Assembly (NCBI GenBank): GCA_003242505.2
Contig: QGUP02000001.1
Coordinates: 1,917 to 65,916 of the forward strand
Reading direction: 5' to 3'
DNA length: 64,000 nucleotides
Source: Bacillota bacterium
GTDB taxonomy: Bacteria > Bacillota > Sulfobacillia > Symbiobacteriales > ZC4RG38
In this document: in pieces, positions 55,596-64,000 of the stretch
How the letters are laid out: each line of letters begins with the position of its first letter
Position numbering within the stretch: position 1 is the first letter of the stretch
Notes under the pieces: generated by a model
The model's input: the letters and a program-made list of their open reading frames with translations, nothing else
The model's database searches: none
Told to the model about the DNA's origin: nothing
Position numbers and translations under genes: made by a program

Positions 55596-56000
55596 ATGCC
55601 ACCGGAGAACCCGGGGAGCGGGATGACCGACCTGGACAGGGTCAAGGACTACCTGCTGACCTGCAAGTACCTGACCGGCCTTTACGACCGTGCCGCCCAG
55701 GAGTGCACCAACCCGGGGGTGCGGGAGCTTTTCCTGCAGATCCACGGCCAGGAGCAGCACGACCAGGAGGTGGCCTTCAGCTTCCTCACCGTCCGGGGGG
55801 CCTACCCGGTGGCCTTCGCCACCTCCGAGCGGCTCCAGGCCGAACGGCGCCGCTGGCAGGAGGTAGCCTCCGGGCTGCCCACCGACGTGGGGCGGCCGGG
55901 GGTGGGGCCGGAGACCCGGGGCGAGAGGCCGACCCCCGGCATCACCGCGGGGCCGGGGGCTCCGGACGCCCGCCAGACCCCACCGCCGCCGGCCCACTGA
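55596..56000 (+). CDS. CotF-like spore coat protein
   Basis: ATG 7 nt after GGAGGG. DRVKDYLLTCKYLTGLYDRAAQECTNPGVRELFLQIHGQEQHDQEVAFSFLTVRGAYP. Confidence 0.6.
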   Translation: MPPENPGSGMTDLDRVKDYLLTCKYLTGLYDRAAQECTNPGVRELFLQIHGQEQHDQEVAFSFLTVRGAYPVAFATSERLQAERRRWQEVASGLPTDVGRPGVGPETRGERPTPGITAGPGAPDARQTPPPPAH

Positions 56001-56161
56001 GGCCGAAAGCCCCGGCGGGGCGGCGGCACCGGCACCCGGAGGCGGAAGCGGCCGGCCCGGAGGCGGGCCGCTTCTGCGCGCGGAGGGGCCGGCCCGTCTC
56101 GGGCGGGGCAGGAGCCGCTCCGACCGCGACCGAACTCTTCGGCGAAAGGAGGCGGAGGCCG

Positions 56162-57049
56162 ATGCCGGCGCGGATTCGGTGTGGCACCTGTGCCTGGGCG
56201 GACCACGAGGAGTTCTACCCGCCGGGCCTCAGGCCCGGGGACCGGCTGGGGTACTACGCCCGGTTCTTCTCCCTGGTCGAGATCGACAGCACCTTTTACG
56301 CCCTGCAGCCCCGGCGGAACTTCGCCGCCTGGGCGCACAAGACGCCACCGGGGTTTCTCTTCAACGTCAAGGCCTACGGCGCCATGACCCGGCACCACCG
56401 GCAGCCCCGGCCGGGGGAGGAGAACCTGGCGGAGGTCTTCCGCCGCTTCGCCGATGCCATCGTCCCCCTCCGGGAGGCCGGCAAGCTCGGGGCGATCCAC
56501 TTCCAGTTTCCGCCGTGGTTCGTCCGCAGCCCGGAGAACATCCGTTACCTCGCCTACTGCCGGGAGGCCTTCCCCGACGACCTGGTCGCGGTGGAGTTCC
56601 GCCACCGGAGCTGGTTCGCTGATGAGGAGGCGACCGCCCACACCCTGGAGGTGCTCCGGGAACTCCGGGCGGTTCACGTGGTCTGCGACGAGCCCCAGGT
56701 GGGGTCAGGCTGCGTTCCCCGGGTCGTCGCCGTCACCCACCCGGCCCTGGCCATTGTCCGCTTCCACGGCCGCAACCTGGCCACCTGGTACAAAAAGGGG
56801 GAGACCTCCGCGGACCGGTTCGACTACCTCTACTCCCGGGAGGAACTGGCGGAGATGGTGCCGGAGGTGCAGCGGCTGGCCGGGGAGGCGGAGGAGGTCC
56901 ACCTCCTGATGAACAACAACCGGAGCAACTACGCGGTGCGCAACGCCCTGGACATGATGGAACTCCTGGGCCTGCCCACCCCGCCCCGGGACCACCGGGG
57001 GGTGCCGGCGCCCCCGTCCGCCGGGCCAGGCCAACTCCGGCTGTTCTGA
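56162..57049 (+). CDS. DUF72-family protein
   Basis: ATG after GGAGG. IRCGTCAWADHEEFYP...FSLVEIDSTFYAL...FLFNVKAYGAMT...IHFQFPPWF...VEFRHRSW...VRFHGRN...FDYLYS...MNNN. Confidence 0.9.
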   Translation: MPARIRCGTCAWADHEEFYPPGLRPGDRLGYYARFFSLVEIDSTFYALQPRRNFAAWAHKTPPGFLFNVKAYGAMTRHHRQPRPGEENLAEVFRRFADAIVPLREAGKLGAIHFQFPPWFVRSPENIRYLAYCREAFPDDLVAVEFRHRSWFADEEATAHTLEVLRELRAVHVVCDEPQVGSGCVPRVVAVTHPALAIVRFHGRNLATWYKKGETSADRFDYLYSREELAEMVPEVQRLAGEAEEVHLLMNNNRSNYAVRNALDMMELLGLPTPPRDHRGVPAPPSAGPGQLRLF

Positions 57050-57149
57050 AGCCTGTTGCTGAAGCCTGTTGCGCGGATGCAACGATTTGCCCCGCTGCCG
57101 CCCCCGGATCGTTGCATCAACATATTAATCAAATTGCAAAACAATTCAC

Positions 57150-57178
57150 TTGTGCTTCATACCCACCCGCGCTACAAT
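57150..57178 (+). promoter_or_regulatory. Sigma-A-type promoter (TTGTGC-17-TACAAT) upstream of the ECF sigma gene
   Basis: Read directly in the AT-richer patch. It leaves a leader of about 200 nt. Confidence 0.4.
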
Positions 57179-57386
57179 GGGTGGTGCCCATCCGACCCTG
57201 CCGGAAGCGGCAAGCCGAAGGGGTTCCATCTTCGTGCTTCCTGTCTCTCCGTGCTGGTACCCCGAGATGGTTCCGTGATGGTTCCGGACGAGACGGTTCC
57301 GGAATGGCTCCGAGCAGCGGCGCTTCCTTGCTGGCCAGGCGGCGGGTGGAGCCGGCGGCGGTCTGGCCGCGACGGGGGTGTGGCAC

Positions 57387-58001
57387 ATGGCAAAGGTCCT
57401 GCCGCTGGCGCTTGGGCCCAGGAAGCGCCAGCCGGCGGCCGGTGGCAACGAGGCCGACGCCGGCCTGGTCCGGCGGCTGCAACGGGGGGACGAGGCCGCC
57501 CTGGTCCAGGTGATGGAGCGGTACGGCCCAGCCATCCTGGCCTATACGTATCGGATTGTGGGGGACAGGCTCCTGGCGGAGGAGATCCTCCAGGACACGA
57601 TGCTGAAGGTCTGGCAGCAGGCCAGGCTCTTCCGGATGGACGGCCACCTGAAGGCGTGGCTCTTCAAGGTGGCCAGGAACAACGCCATCGACTACAAGCG
57701 CCGGAAGCGGCCGGTGGAGGAAGAGCTCGGCCCGACCCTGCCGGCGCCGACCCAGCGCCCGGATCGGGAGGCGGAGCGGGCCTGGGTCGCGGCCCGGATC
57801 GACGCCGCGCTCACCGCCCTCCCCCTGGTCTACCGGGAGGTGGTGGAACTGCGGTACTACCACCAGCTCGACTACCAGGAGATCGCGGAGGTCCTGGGCA
57901 TCCCCCTGGGAACGGTGAAGAGCCGGATCTCCTACGCCCTCAAGCGGCTCCCCCGGCTGCTCCGGGACCAGGGGATCGATCAGTACCTGCTGGACCCGTG
58001 A
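57387..58001 (+). CDS. ECF (group 4) RNA polymerase sigma factor
   Basis: Region 2 (ILAYTYRIVGDRLLAEEILQDTMLKVW...WLFKVARNNAIDYKRR) and region 4 (YREVVELRYYHQLDYQEIAEVLGIPLGTVKSRISYALKRL). Confidence 0.9.
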   Translation: MAKVLPLALGPRKRQPAAGGNEADAGLVRRLQRGDEAALVQVMERYGPAILAYTYRIVGDRLLAEEILQDTMLKVWQQARLFRMDGHLKAWLFKVARNNAIDYKRRKRPVEEELGPTLPAPTQRPDREAERAWVAARIDAALTALPLVYREVVELRYYHQLDYQEIAEVLGIPLGTVKSRISYALKRLPRLLRDQGIDQYLLDP

Positions 58002-58100
58002 CGGTACCTGCTGGATCTGTGGCCGGACCAGGGGACGCCAGTGGGGACGATCCCTCTCCGGTGCCGCGCCCCGGGCCCGGGCGGTGCCAGGGGAGTCCCG

Positions 58101-58109
58101 TGCTATAAT
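58101..58109 (+). promoter_or_regulatory. Extended -10 element (TGcTATAAT) upstream of pgsA
   Basis: Read directly, 31 nt upstream of the ATG at 58141. GGGAGGAG RBS lies between them. Confidence 0.4.
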
Positions 58110-58140
58110 GGTTGCGAATGCCCCGGGAGGAGTCCGGCCG

Positions 58141-58695
58141 ATGGTCAGACAAGCCTTCAACCTGCCGAACCTGATCACCCTGCTGAGGATCCTGCTGATA
58201 CCAGCCTTTCTCCTGGTGCTCCTCAGCCGGATTCCTTCCGGGGAGCTGTGGGCTTCGGCCCTCTTCGTGGCCGGGGCGATCAGCGACGATGTGGACGGGT
58301 ACATCGCCCGGCGGCGGGGCCAGGTGACCGTCTTCGGGAAGCTGATGGACCCCCTGGCGGACAAGCTGCTGGTGGCCGCCGGGCTGGTGGCCCTGGTGGA
58401 GCTCGGGGTGCTCTCCACCTGGGTGGTCCTGGCCATCCTGGGCCGGGAGTTCGCCGTCACGGGCCTCCGGGCCCTGGCCGCAGCCGACGGCGTGGTCATC
58501 GCCGCCAGTCCTCTGGGGAAGGTGAAGACCGCCCTCCAGGTGGTGGCGATCCTGACGGTGCTGATCGGTTCCCGGCAAGACCTGGGTCTGATCCGGCAGG
58601 CGGCGCCGTGGGCGATGGCCCTGGCGGTGGCCGCCACCCTGGTCTCCGGCGTGGACTACGGCTGGCGGTACTTGCGGGCTGCCCAGGCCCGGTGA
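58141..58695 (+). CDS. pgsA: CDP-diacylglycerol--glycerol-3-phosphate 3-phosphatidyltransferase
   Basis: CDP-alcohol phosphatidyltransferase motif DDVDGYIARRRGQVTVFGKLMDPLADK. Confidence 0.9.
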   Translation: MVRQAFNLPNLITLLRILLIPAFLLVLLSRIPSGELWASALFVAGAISDDVDGYIARRRGQVTVFGKLMDPLADKLLVAAGLVALVELGVLSTWVVLAILGREFAVTGLRALAAADGVVIAASPLGKVKTALQVVAILTVLIGSRQDLGLIRQAAPWAMALAVAATLVSGVDYGWRYLRAAQAR

Positions 58696-58710
58696 GGAGG
58701 TGCGGCGGCG

Positions 58711-59361
58711 GTGAGCGGACGGGCGGTGATCGTCTCCGCGGGCCGGGTGACGGACCCGGAGCGGCTCCGGGCCCGGCTCCGCCCCCGCCCGGACGACCGG
58801 GTGATCGCGGCGGACGGCGGCCTGGCCCTCGCGCTGGCCATGGGCCTCCGGCCGGAGCGGGTGGTGGGGGACTTCGACTCCCTCCCCGGGGAGCGCTGGC
58901 CGGAGGTGGAGCGGCTCGGCGCCGAGGTGGTCCGGGTGCCCCGGGAGAAGGACGAGACCGACACGGAACTCGCCATCCGCACCGCCCTCGCCTGGGGGTG
59001 CACCGAGATCGTCCTGGTGGGGGGCGTGGGCAGCCGGCTCGACCACTCCCTGGCCAACCTCTTCATGCTGGCCTCCCTCCCCCCGGGGGTGCGGGGGATG
59101 CTCCTGGACGAGCAGAACGAGATCCACTTCCTCCGGTCCGGGGAGGAGGTCCGGCTCCCGGCCCGGCCCGGGGCGTACCTCTCCCTCGTGCCCCTCACCC
59201 CGGAGGTGACGGGGGTGGAGGCCGCAGGGGTGCGCTGGCCCCTCCAGGGGGCCCGGCTCATCTGGTCGGCCAGCCTGGGGGTCTCCAACGAGTTCACGGC
59301 CCCGGAGGCCCGGGTCCGGGTGGGGAGCGGCTGCCTGGCGGTGGTGGTTGCGGAGGAGTGA
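58711..59361 (+). CDS. Thiamine pyrophosphokinase
   Basis: VIAADGG...VVGDFDSL...KDETDTELA...VLVGGVGSRLDHSLAN. Confidence 0.85.
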   Translation: MSGRAVIVSAGRVTDPERLRARLRPRPDDRVIAADGGLALALAMGLRPERVVGDFDSLPGERWPEVERLGAEVVRVPREKDETDTELAIRTALAWGCTEIVLVGGVGSRLDHSLANLFMLASLPPGVRGMLLDEQNEIHFLRSGEEVRLPARPGAYLSLVPLTPEVTGVEAAGVRWPLQGARLIWSASLGVSNEFTAPEARVRVGSGCLAVVVAEE

Positions 59362-59526
59362 GGACCTGGGCGCCTGCCCCCGGGCAGGCCCCTTGCCGTG
59401 CGCCGTGCCGTGGGGGAGGATTTCGCCCCCGCGGGCCGAAGGAAATGACGGCATGGGTTTGCCCCCGGGTCGGGGCGGCCGGGGCGCCGGCGGCCCGGTC
59501 CGGGGGCTGGAAGTGAGGTCGTGGGC

Positions 59527-60390
59527 ATGGAAAAGGTGTACAATTCGGTCCCCAAGGTCGATTACTTCTTCATGGGCGGGTCTTCCACATTCTCGATCCG
59601 GTTCCCCGAGGACCTGGCGGCTCCCGGGGTGCAGGTGGTGGAGCGGAAGCTGGTCTTCCGCACCCCCTACGGCGAGAGCCCCATCATGAAGCTTTTTGAA
59701 GTGGACGGCAAGCTCGTGCTGACCACCAAGATGCACGGCCGCCGGCTGGGGGTGAGCCGGGCTGACAGCTCCCGGCAGGTCTTCTGGGTCGCCCGGGAGG
59801 CCGGGGTGAAGCGGATCCTCGCCGAGGGCGGCGCCGGCGCCATCAACCACCTGCTGGAGCTCCGGGACCTGATCCTATGCCACGACTACATCGACCTCAG
59901 CCTCCGCCGGGACGTGGAGCTGGGCGGGCCCCACCTCCTGGTGATGCGGGACCCGGTCTGCCCCCAGCTCCGGGAGCTGCTCTACGAGGTCGCCGCGGCC
60001 CAGATCCGGGCCAAAGGGGATGGCCGGCGGCTCTTCCGCCGGGGGATCTACGCGGTCACCGACGGCCGGCACTGGGAGAGCCGGGCGGAGGTGCAGATGC
60101 TCAAGCAGATGGGGGCCGACGTGGTCGGCCAGTCCCTCTGCCCGGAGGTCTACCTGGCCCGGGAGATCGGGGCCTGCTACGGGCGGATCGATATGATCGT
60201 CAATTACGCCGAAGGTATCGTTGAGGACTGGAAACACGAGGACCTGAAAGATATCTTCTATAATGAAGCGCACTTTATCGGCCAGATCATGCTGGAGGCC
60301 CTCCGCCGGGTCGACCTGAACCGGACCTGCCAGTGCGCGGACCTCAAGAAGCCCACGCTGCTGGTGGATCGGGAGTACGCCGAGGGCTAG
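59527..60390 (+). CDS. Divergent MTAP/PNP-family (PNP_UDP_1) protein at the head of the mqn genes
   Basis: Colinear with MTA phosphorylases (FMGGSSTF ~ IGIIGGSG; RTPYGESP; HGRRLG ~ RHGxGH; AEGGAGAIN; DGRHWESRAE ~ GPxFETxAE; VGQS ~ VGMT; EVYLAREIGACYGRIDMIVNYAEG), but several canonical positions are substituted. The MTAP consensus is recalled from memory. Confidence 0.65.
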   Translation: MEKVYNSVPKVDYFFMGGSSTFSIRFPEDLAAPGVQVVERKLVFRTPYGESPIMKLFEVDGKLVLTTKMHGRRLGVSRADSSRQVFWVAREAGVKRILAEGGAGAINHLLELRDLILCHDYIDLSLRRDVELGGPHLLVMRDPVCPQLRELLYEVAAAQIRAKGDGRRLFRRGIYAVTDGRHWESRAEVQMLKQMGADVVGQSLCPEVYLAREIGACYGRIDMIVNYAEGIVEDWKHEDLKDIFYNEAHFIGQIMLEALRRVDLNRTCQCADLKKPTLLVDREYAEG

Positions 60391-60414
60391 CGGCGGCAAA
60401 AAGGAGGATTCCGG

Positions 60415-61551
60415 GTGATCGAACGGCACGTTCAGGCCTCCGAGCTGCGGGACCTGGTGGAGAAGGTGGCCGCCGGCGAGCGGCTCACCAGGGAAGACGG
60501 CTACCGGATCGCCCGCAGCAAGGACCTGCTCACCATCGGCTATATGGCCGACCTGGCCCGGCGGCAGCGGGTGGGGGATAAGGTTTACTTCATCAATAAC
60601 TACCATATTAACCACACCAACATCTGCTACGCCGGGTGCAAGTTCTGCGCCTTCGCCAAGCCCCGGAAGGACCCCGAGGCTTACACCATGGCGATTGAGG
60701 AGATTGAGCGGGAGGCGGAGAAGGCCCGGGCCCTCGGGGCGACGGAGATCCACGTGGTCGGCGGCCTCAACCCCTACCTGCCGTACCAGTACTACCGGGA
60801 CGTGATCCGGGCCATCCGCCGGGTCCACCCCACCGCGTGCATCCAGGCCTACGACGCGGTGGAGATCGAGTTCATCGCCCGGGTGGCCCGGAAGTCCATT
60901 CAGGAGGTGCTGGAGGACCTCCGGGAGGACGGCCTCACGGCCCTTCCCGGCGGCGGCGGCGAGATCTTTGCCGAGCGGGTCCACCAGGCCCTCTACCCCG
61001 GCAAGATCGGCAAGGAGAAGTACCTGGAGGTCCACCGGATCGCCCATCGGATGGGGATCCGGTCCAACTGCTCCATCCTCTACGGCCACATCGAGACACC
61101 GGAGGAGCGGGTCGACCACATGCTCGCCCTCCGGGAGCTGCAGGACGAGACCGGAGGGTTCCTCGCCTTCATCTCCTTCCCCTACCATCCGGAGAACACC
61201 CCCCTCACCCGGGAGATGCTGGCCGCGGGGCAGGTGCCCCACCCCACCACGGGGATGGACGACCTCCGGCACCACGCCCTGGCCCGGCTGCTCCTGGACA
61301 ACATCCCCCACATCCGGATCTTCTGGATGGCGGTGGGGATGAAGATGGCCCAGACTGCCCTCTACTGGGGGGTCAACGACCTGGACGGCACCGTGCGCCG
61401 GGAGCGGATCATCCACGACGCCGGAGCCACCACCGCCCAGGAGGCGGACAAGGAGGAGATGGTCTACCTGATCCGGCAGGCCGGCCGGATCCCGGTGGAG
61501 CGGGACACCCTCTACAACGAACTGCGGGTCTACGACCCGGCGGCGGTCTGA
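60415..61551 (+). CDS. mqnE: Radical-SAM aminofutalosine synthase (MqnE-type; the E versus C assignment is from remembered motifs)
   Basis: GTG after GGAGG. YFINNYHINHTNICYAGCKFCAF (CxxxCxxC) and EIHVVGGLNP. Confidence 0.75.
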   Translation: MIERHVQASELRDLVEKVAAGERLTREDGYRIARSKDLLTIGYMADLARRQRVGDKVYFINNYHINHTNICYAGCKFCAFAKPRKDPEAYTMAIEEIEREAEKARALGATEIHVVGGLNPYLPYQYYRDVIRAIRRVHPTACIQAYDAVEIEFIARVARKSIQEVLEDLREDGLTALPGGGGEIFAERVHQALYPGKIGKEKYLEVHRIAHRMGIRSNCSILYGHIETPEERVDHMLALRELQDETGGFLAFISFPYHPENTPLTREMLAAGQVPHPTTGMDDLRHHALARLLLDNIPHIRIFWMAVGMKMAQTALYWGVNDLDGTVRRERIIHDAGATTAQEADKEEMVYLIRQAGRIPVERDTLYNELRVYDPAAV

Positions 61552-61564
61552 GGGAGGCGAGGGG

Positions 61565-62476
61565 ATGGCGGGCGTGGAAAACTGGGCCGGCGCTGCCGCG
61601 GCCCTGGCCCGGAGCCCCGAGGCCGAGGCGGTCTGGCGGCTGGGGCCGGTGCGGCTCGGTTACATCGACTACCTCAACACCCTGCCAGTCTACTACGGCA
61701 TCGAGAAAGGGATCATCGACCTGCCCGTCGCGATCAAGAAAGGGGTGCCGGCGGAGCTCAACCGGCTCTTCCTCGCCGGTGGTCTGGACATCACCCCCAT
61801 CTCTTCCATCGAGTTCGCCCGGCACGCCGACCAGTGCATCCTCCTCCCGGACCTGTCCATCAGCGCCGACGGCCGGGTGGGGAGCATCTTCCTCTTTACC
61901 CGGAAGCCCATCCGGGAGGTGCGGCGGGTGGCCCTCACCTCCCACTCCGCCACCTCGGTGGTGCTGACCCGGATCCTCCTCCGGGAGCTGTACGGGGTGG
62001 AGCCCGAGTACCTGACCATGGATCCGGACCTGGGCGCGATGCTGGCGGTGGCCGATGCGGCGCTTATCATCGGCGACGCGGCGATCATCACCGCCTACCT
62101 GGTGGCCCAGGGGGAGTACCCCGGGGTGGAGGCCCTGGACCTGGGGGCGGAGTGGAAGCGGCTGACGGGCTACCCCATGGTCTACGCCCTCTGGGTGATC
62201 CGCCGGGACTTTGCGGACCGGAGCCCCGACGGGATCCGGCTGGTGGCCCGGCTCCTCCAGGAGAGCCAGGCCTATGCCTGGTCCCGGCCCCAGGAGCTGA
62301 TCGCAGAGGGCGTCCGGCGCCGGGGGCTCCCGGAGCCCGTGGTGGCGGAGTACTTCCAGCTCATCCGGCACGAGTTCGGCCCCCGGTATCGGGAGGGGCT
62401 GCGGATCTTCCTGGAGTACGCCCAGCGCCTGGGCGAGCTGGACCGGGTCCCCGAACTTGTGGTGTGGGGGGAGTAA
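61565..62476 (+). CDS. mqnA: Chorismate dehydratase (futalosine pathway MqnA)
   Basis: VRLGYIDYLNTLPVYYGI..., a PBP-like fold pattern typical of MqnA. It lies between two mqn radical-SAM genes. Confidence 0.85.
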   Translation: MAGVENWAGAAAALARSPEAEAVWRLGPVRLGYIDYLNTLPVYYGIEKGIIDLPVAIKKGVPAELNRLFLAGGLDITPISSIEFARHADQCILLPDLSISADGRVGSIFLFTRKPIREVRRVALTSHSATSVVLTRILLRELYGVEPEYLTMDPDLGAMLAVADAALIIGDAAIITAYLVAQGEYPGVEALDLGAEWKRLTGYPMVYALWVIRRDFADRSPDGIRLVARLLQESQAYAWSRPQELIAEGVRRRGLPEPVVAEYFQLIRHEFGPRYREGLRIFLEYAQRLGELDRVPELVVWGE

Positions 62477-62477
62477 C

Positions 62478-63587
62478 GTGACCCTGGCGACCCTGGCGGA
62501 GATCACGCCGATCCTGGAGAAGGTCTACGAGGGCAAGCGCCTCACCTTTGAGGACGGCGTGGCCCTCCTCAAGAGCCCGCACCTTCTGGAGATCGGTGCA
62601 GCGGCGGACTACGTCCGGCGAAAGCTCCACCCGGACAACACCGTCACCTTTATCATCGACCGGAATATCAACTACACCAACGTTTGCGTCGCCCAGTGCA
62701 GCTTCTGCGCCTTCAAGCGGAACGTGGGCGACCCCGAGGGGTACGTGCTCCCCTGGGAGGTCATCGACGCCAAGTGCCAGGAACTGAAGGAGCAGGGGGG
62801 CACCCAGGTCCTCCTCCAGGGCGGCCTCAACCCGGCCCTGAAGCTGGACTACTACCAGAAGCTCATCGACCGGATCCAGTCCAAGTGGGGGCTGACGGTC
62901 CACGGCTTCAGCCCCGCGGAGATCTGGTACCTGGCCAAGATCTCCCGGCTCTCGGTCCGGGACACCCTCCTGGCCCTCAAGGAGGCGGGCCTCCGGTCGA
63001 TCCCCGGGGGCGGCGGGGAGATCCTCGACGACCGGGTGCGGTCGATCATCGGGAAGGGCAAGGTGCTGACGGACCAGTGGTTTGAGGTGATGGAGACCGC
63101 CCAGGAGCTGGGGATGAACACCACCGCCACCATGATGTACGGCCACATCGAGACCCTCGAGGAGCGGGTCATGACCCTGATCCGGATCCGGGAGTCCGCG
63201 GACAAGTACCACGGGTACTCGGCCTTCATCCACTGGGACTTCCAGCCGGAGAACACGGCCCTGGGGGAGGAGATGGCCCGGCATCCGGACAAGTATCACC
63301 TCGGCACCGGCCTGGAGTACCTGAAACTGCTGGCCGTGGCCCGGCTGATCCTCGACAACATCCCCAACCTCCAGGTCTCCTGGGTGACCCAGGGGCCCAA
63401 GCTCGCCCAGGTGGCCCTCCACTTCGGCGCCAACGACTTCGGCGGCACGATGATGGAGGAGAACGTCGTCTCTGCCGCGGGGACCACCTACCGGGTCACC
63501 CCGCCGGAGGCGGTGCGGCTCATCCGGGACGCCGGCTTCACCCCCGCCAAGCGCGACACCTTCTACAACATTCTCGAACGCTACTGA
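62478..63587 (+). CDS. mqnC: Radical-SAM cyclic dehypoxanthinyl futalosine synthase (MqnC-type)
   Basis: GTG at 62478 after GGGGGGAG. FIIDRNINYTNVCVAQCSFCAF, QVLLQGGLNP, HGFSPAEI. Confidence 0.75.
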   Translation: MTLATLAEITPILEKVYEGKRLTFEDGVALLKSPHLLEIGAAADYVRRKLHPDNTVTFIIDRNINYTNVCVAQCSFCAFKRNVGDPEGYVLPWEVIDAKCQELKEQGGTQVLLQGGLNPALKLDYYQKLIDRIQSKWGLTVHGFSPAEIWYLAKISRLSVRDTLLALKEAGLRSIPGGGGEILDDRVRSIIGKGKVLTDQWFEVMETAQELGMNTTATMMYGHIETLEERVMTLIRIRESADKYHGYSAFIHWDFQPENTALGEEMARHPDKYHLGTGLEYLKLLAVARLILDNIPNLQVSWVTQGPKLAQVALHFGANDFGGTMMEENVVSAAGTTYRVTPPEAVRLIRDAGFTPAKRDTFYNILERY

Positions 63588-63658
63588 GGGGGAGCTAAGG
63601 ACTCGGGCCGCCCGGCCAAGGGCGGCCCTCGCTGCAGTCCGGGAGGGTGGTCGGTCCG

Positions 63659-64000
63659 ATGCGGGTTGCCGTCTTCACCGACAGCTACGAGCCCTACGTC
63701 AGCGGCGTGGTCCGGTCCATCCAGACCTTTGCCCGGGAGCTGGCCGCCCTGGGCTGCGAGACCTTCATCTTCGCGCCCGCGTACCCGGGCCACCGGCAGG
63801 GCGGCCCGACCCTCTTCCGGTTTGCGTCCCTGCCGGCGCCCACCCACCCGCAGTTCCGCCTCGCGATCCCCCTCTCCTGGCGGCTGGGCCGCACCCTGCG
63901 GGAGCTGCGGTGCGACCTGGTCCACGTCCACTCCCCGTTCCTCATGGGGATGCTGGGGGCCCACTACGCCCGGCGGCTAGGGCTCCCCCTGGTCTTCACC
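63659..64000 (+). CDS. GT4-family glycosyltransferase, N-terminal part (3' end outside window)
   Basis: ATG after GGGAGGGTGG. MRVAVFTDSYEPYVSGVVRSIQTFARELAALG...DLVHVHSPFLMG. The frame is open to the window end, so it is absent from the ORF track. Confidence 0.8.
   Translation, partial: MRVAVFTDSYEPYVSGVVRSIQTFARELAALGCETFIFAPAYPGHRQGGPTLFRFASLPAPTHPQFRLAIPLSWRLGRTLRELRCDLVHVHSPFLMGMLGAHYARRLGLPLVFT

Overview
This window is about 70% G+C by eye and reads like chromosomal DNA of a high-GC, thermophilic, spore-forming Firmicute (Thermaerobacter/Symbiobacterium-like). That taxon call is an inference from GGAGG-type RBSs, frequent GTG/TTG starts, and YlaJ- and CotF-type sporulation genes.

Most of the window is core metabolism:
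- acyl-CoA dehydrogenase (5' truncated by the window edge)
- glyoxylate shunt aceB-aceA
- tungstate ABC transporter tupABC, preceded by a ModE-HTH/TupA-like fusion regulator and a ModE-type palindromic operator
- LysR regulator divergent from korA-korB (2-oxoacid:ferredoxin oxidoreductase), followed by a second tandem korB copy
- Ski2/HelY-like helicase followed by a TPR protein
- MATE pump, pepT, an aminotransferase, murD, dinB (Pol IV), typA, TauE/DUF1634, pdp, udk, sodA, two CotF-like genes, DUF72, an ECF sigma factor, pgsA, thiamine pyrophosphokinase
- futalosine-pathway block (MTAP-like gene, then mqnE-mqnA-mqnC) and a 3'-truncated GT4 glycosyltransferase

No rRNA, tRNA, CRISPR array, transposase or integrase was seen.

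Items most worth a second look:
1. A roughly 1.8 kb low-GC islet (about 38.7-40.5 kb) carries a lipoprotein and a metzincin-like protease whose signal peptide lies in a different frame. Next to it is an S8 subtilase interrupted by an in-frame TAG.
2. The two korB copies share a 783-bp identical core with diverged ends.
3. An HTHx2-Ski2 helicase, a TPR/XPB-N-like protein and a small Zn-ribbon ORF sit in one gene string.
4. A module of two DUF2249 genes, a Crp/Fnr regulator and a 12-TM protein with a motif repeated three times.
5. A divergent MTAP-family gene sits at the head of the mqn genes.
6. A phased DnaA-box cluster lies between two convergent gene ends.
7. Structured or repeat-bearing leaders lie upstream of pdp, typA and the ECF sigma gene.
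8. Many short tandem duplications occur, several of them straddling stop codons or start regions.

Everything was done by eye, without tools. Hairpin and motif coordinates are good to about +/-2 nt. Family names are recalled from motif patterns, not from searches.
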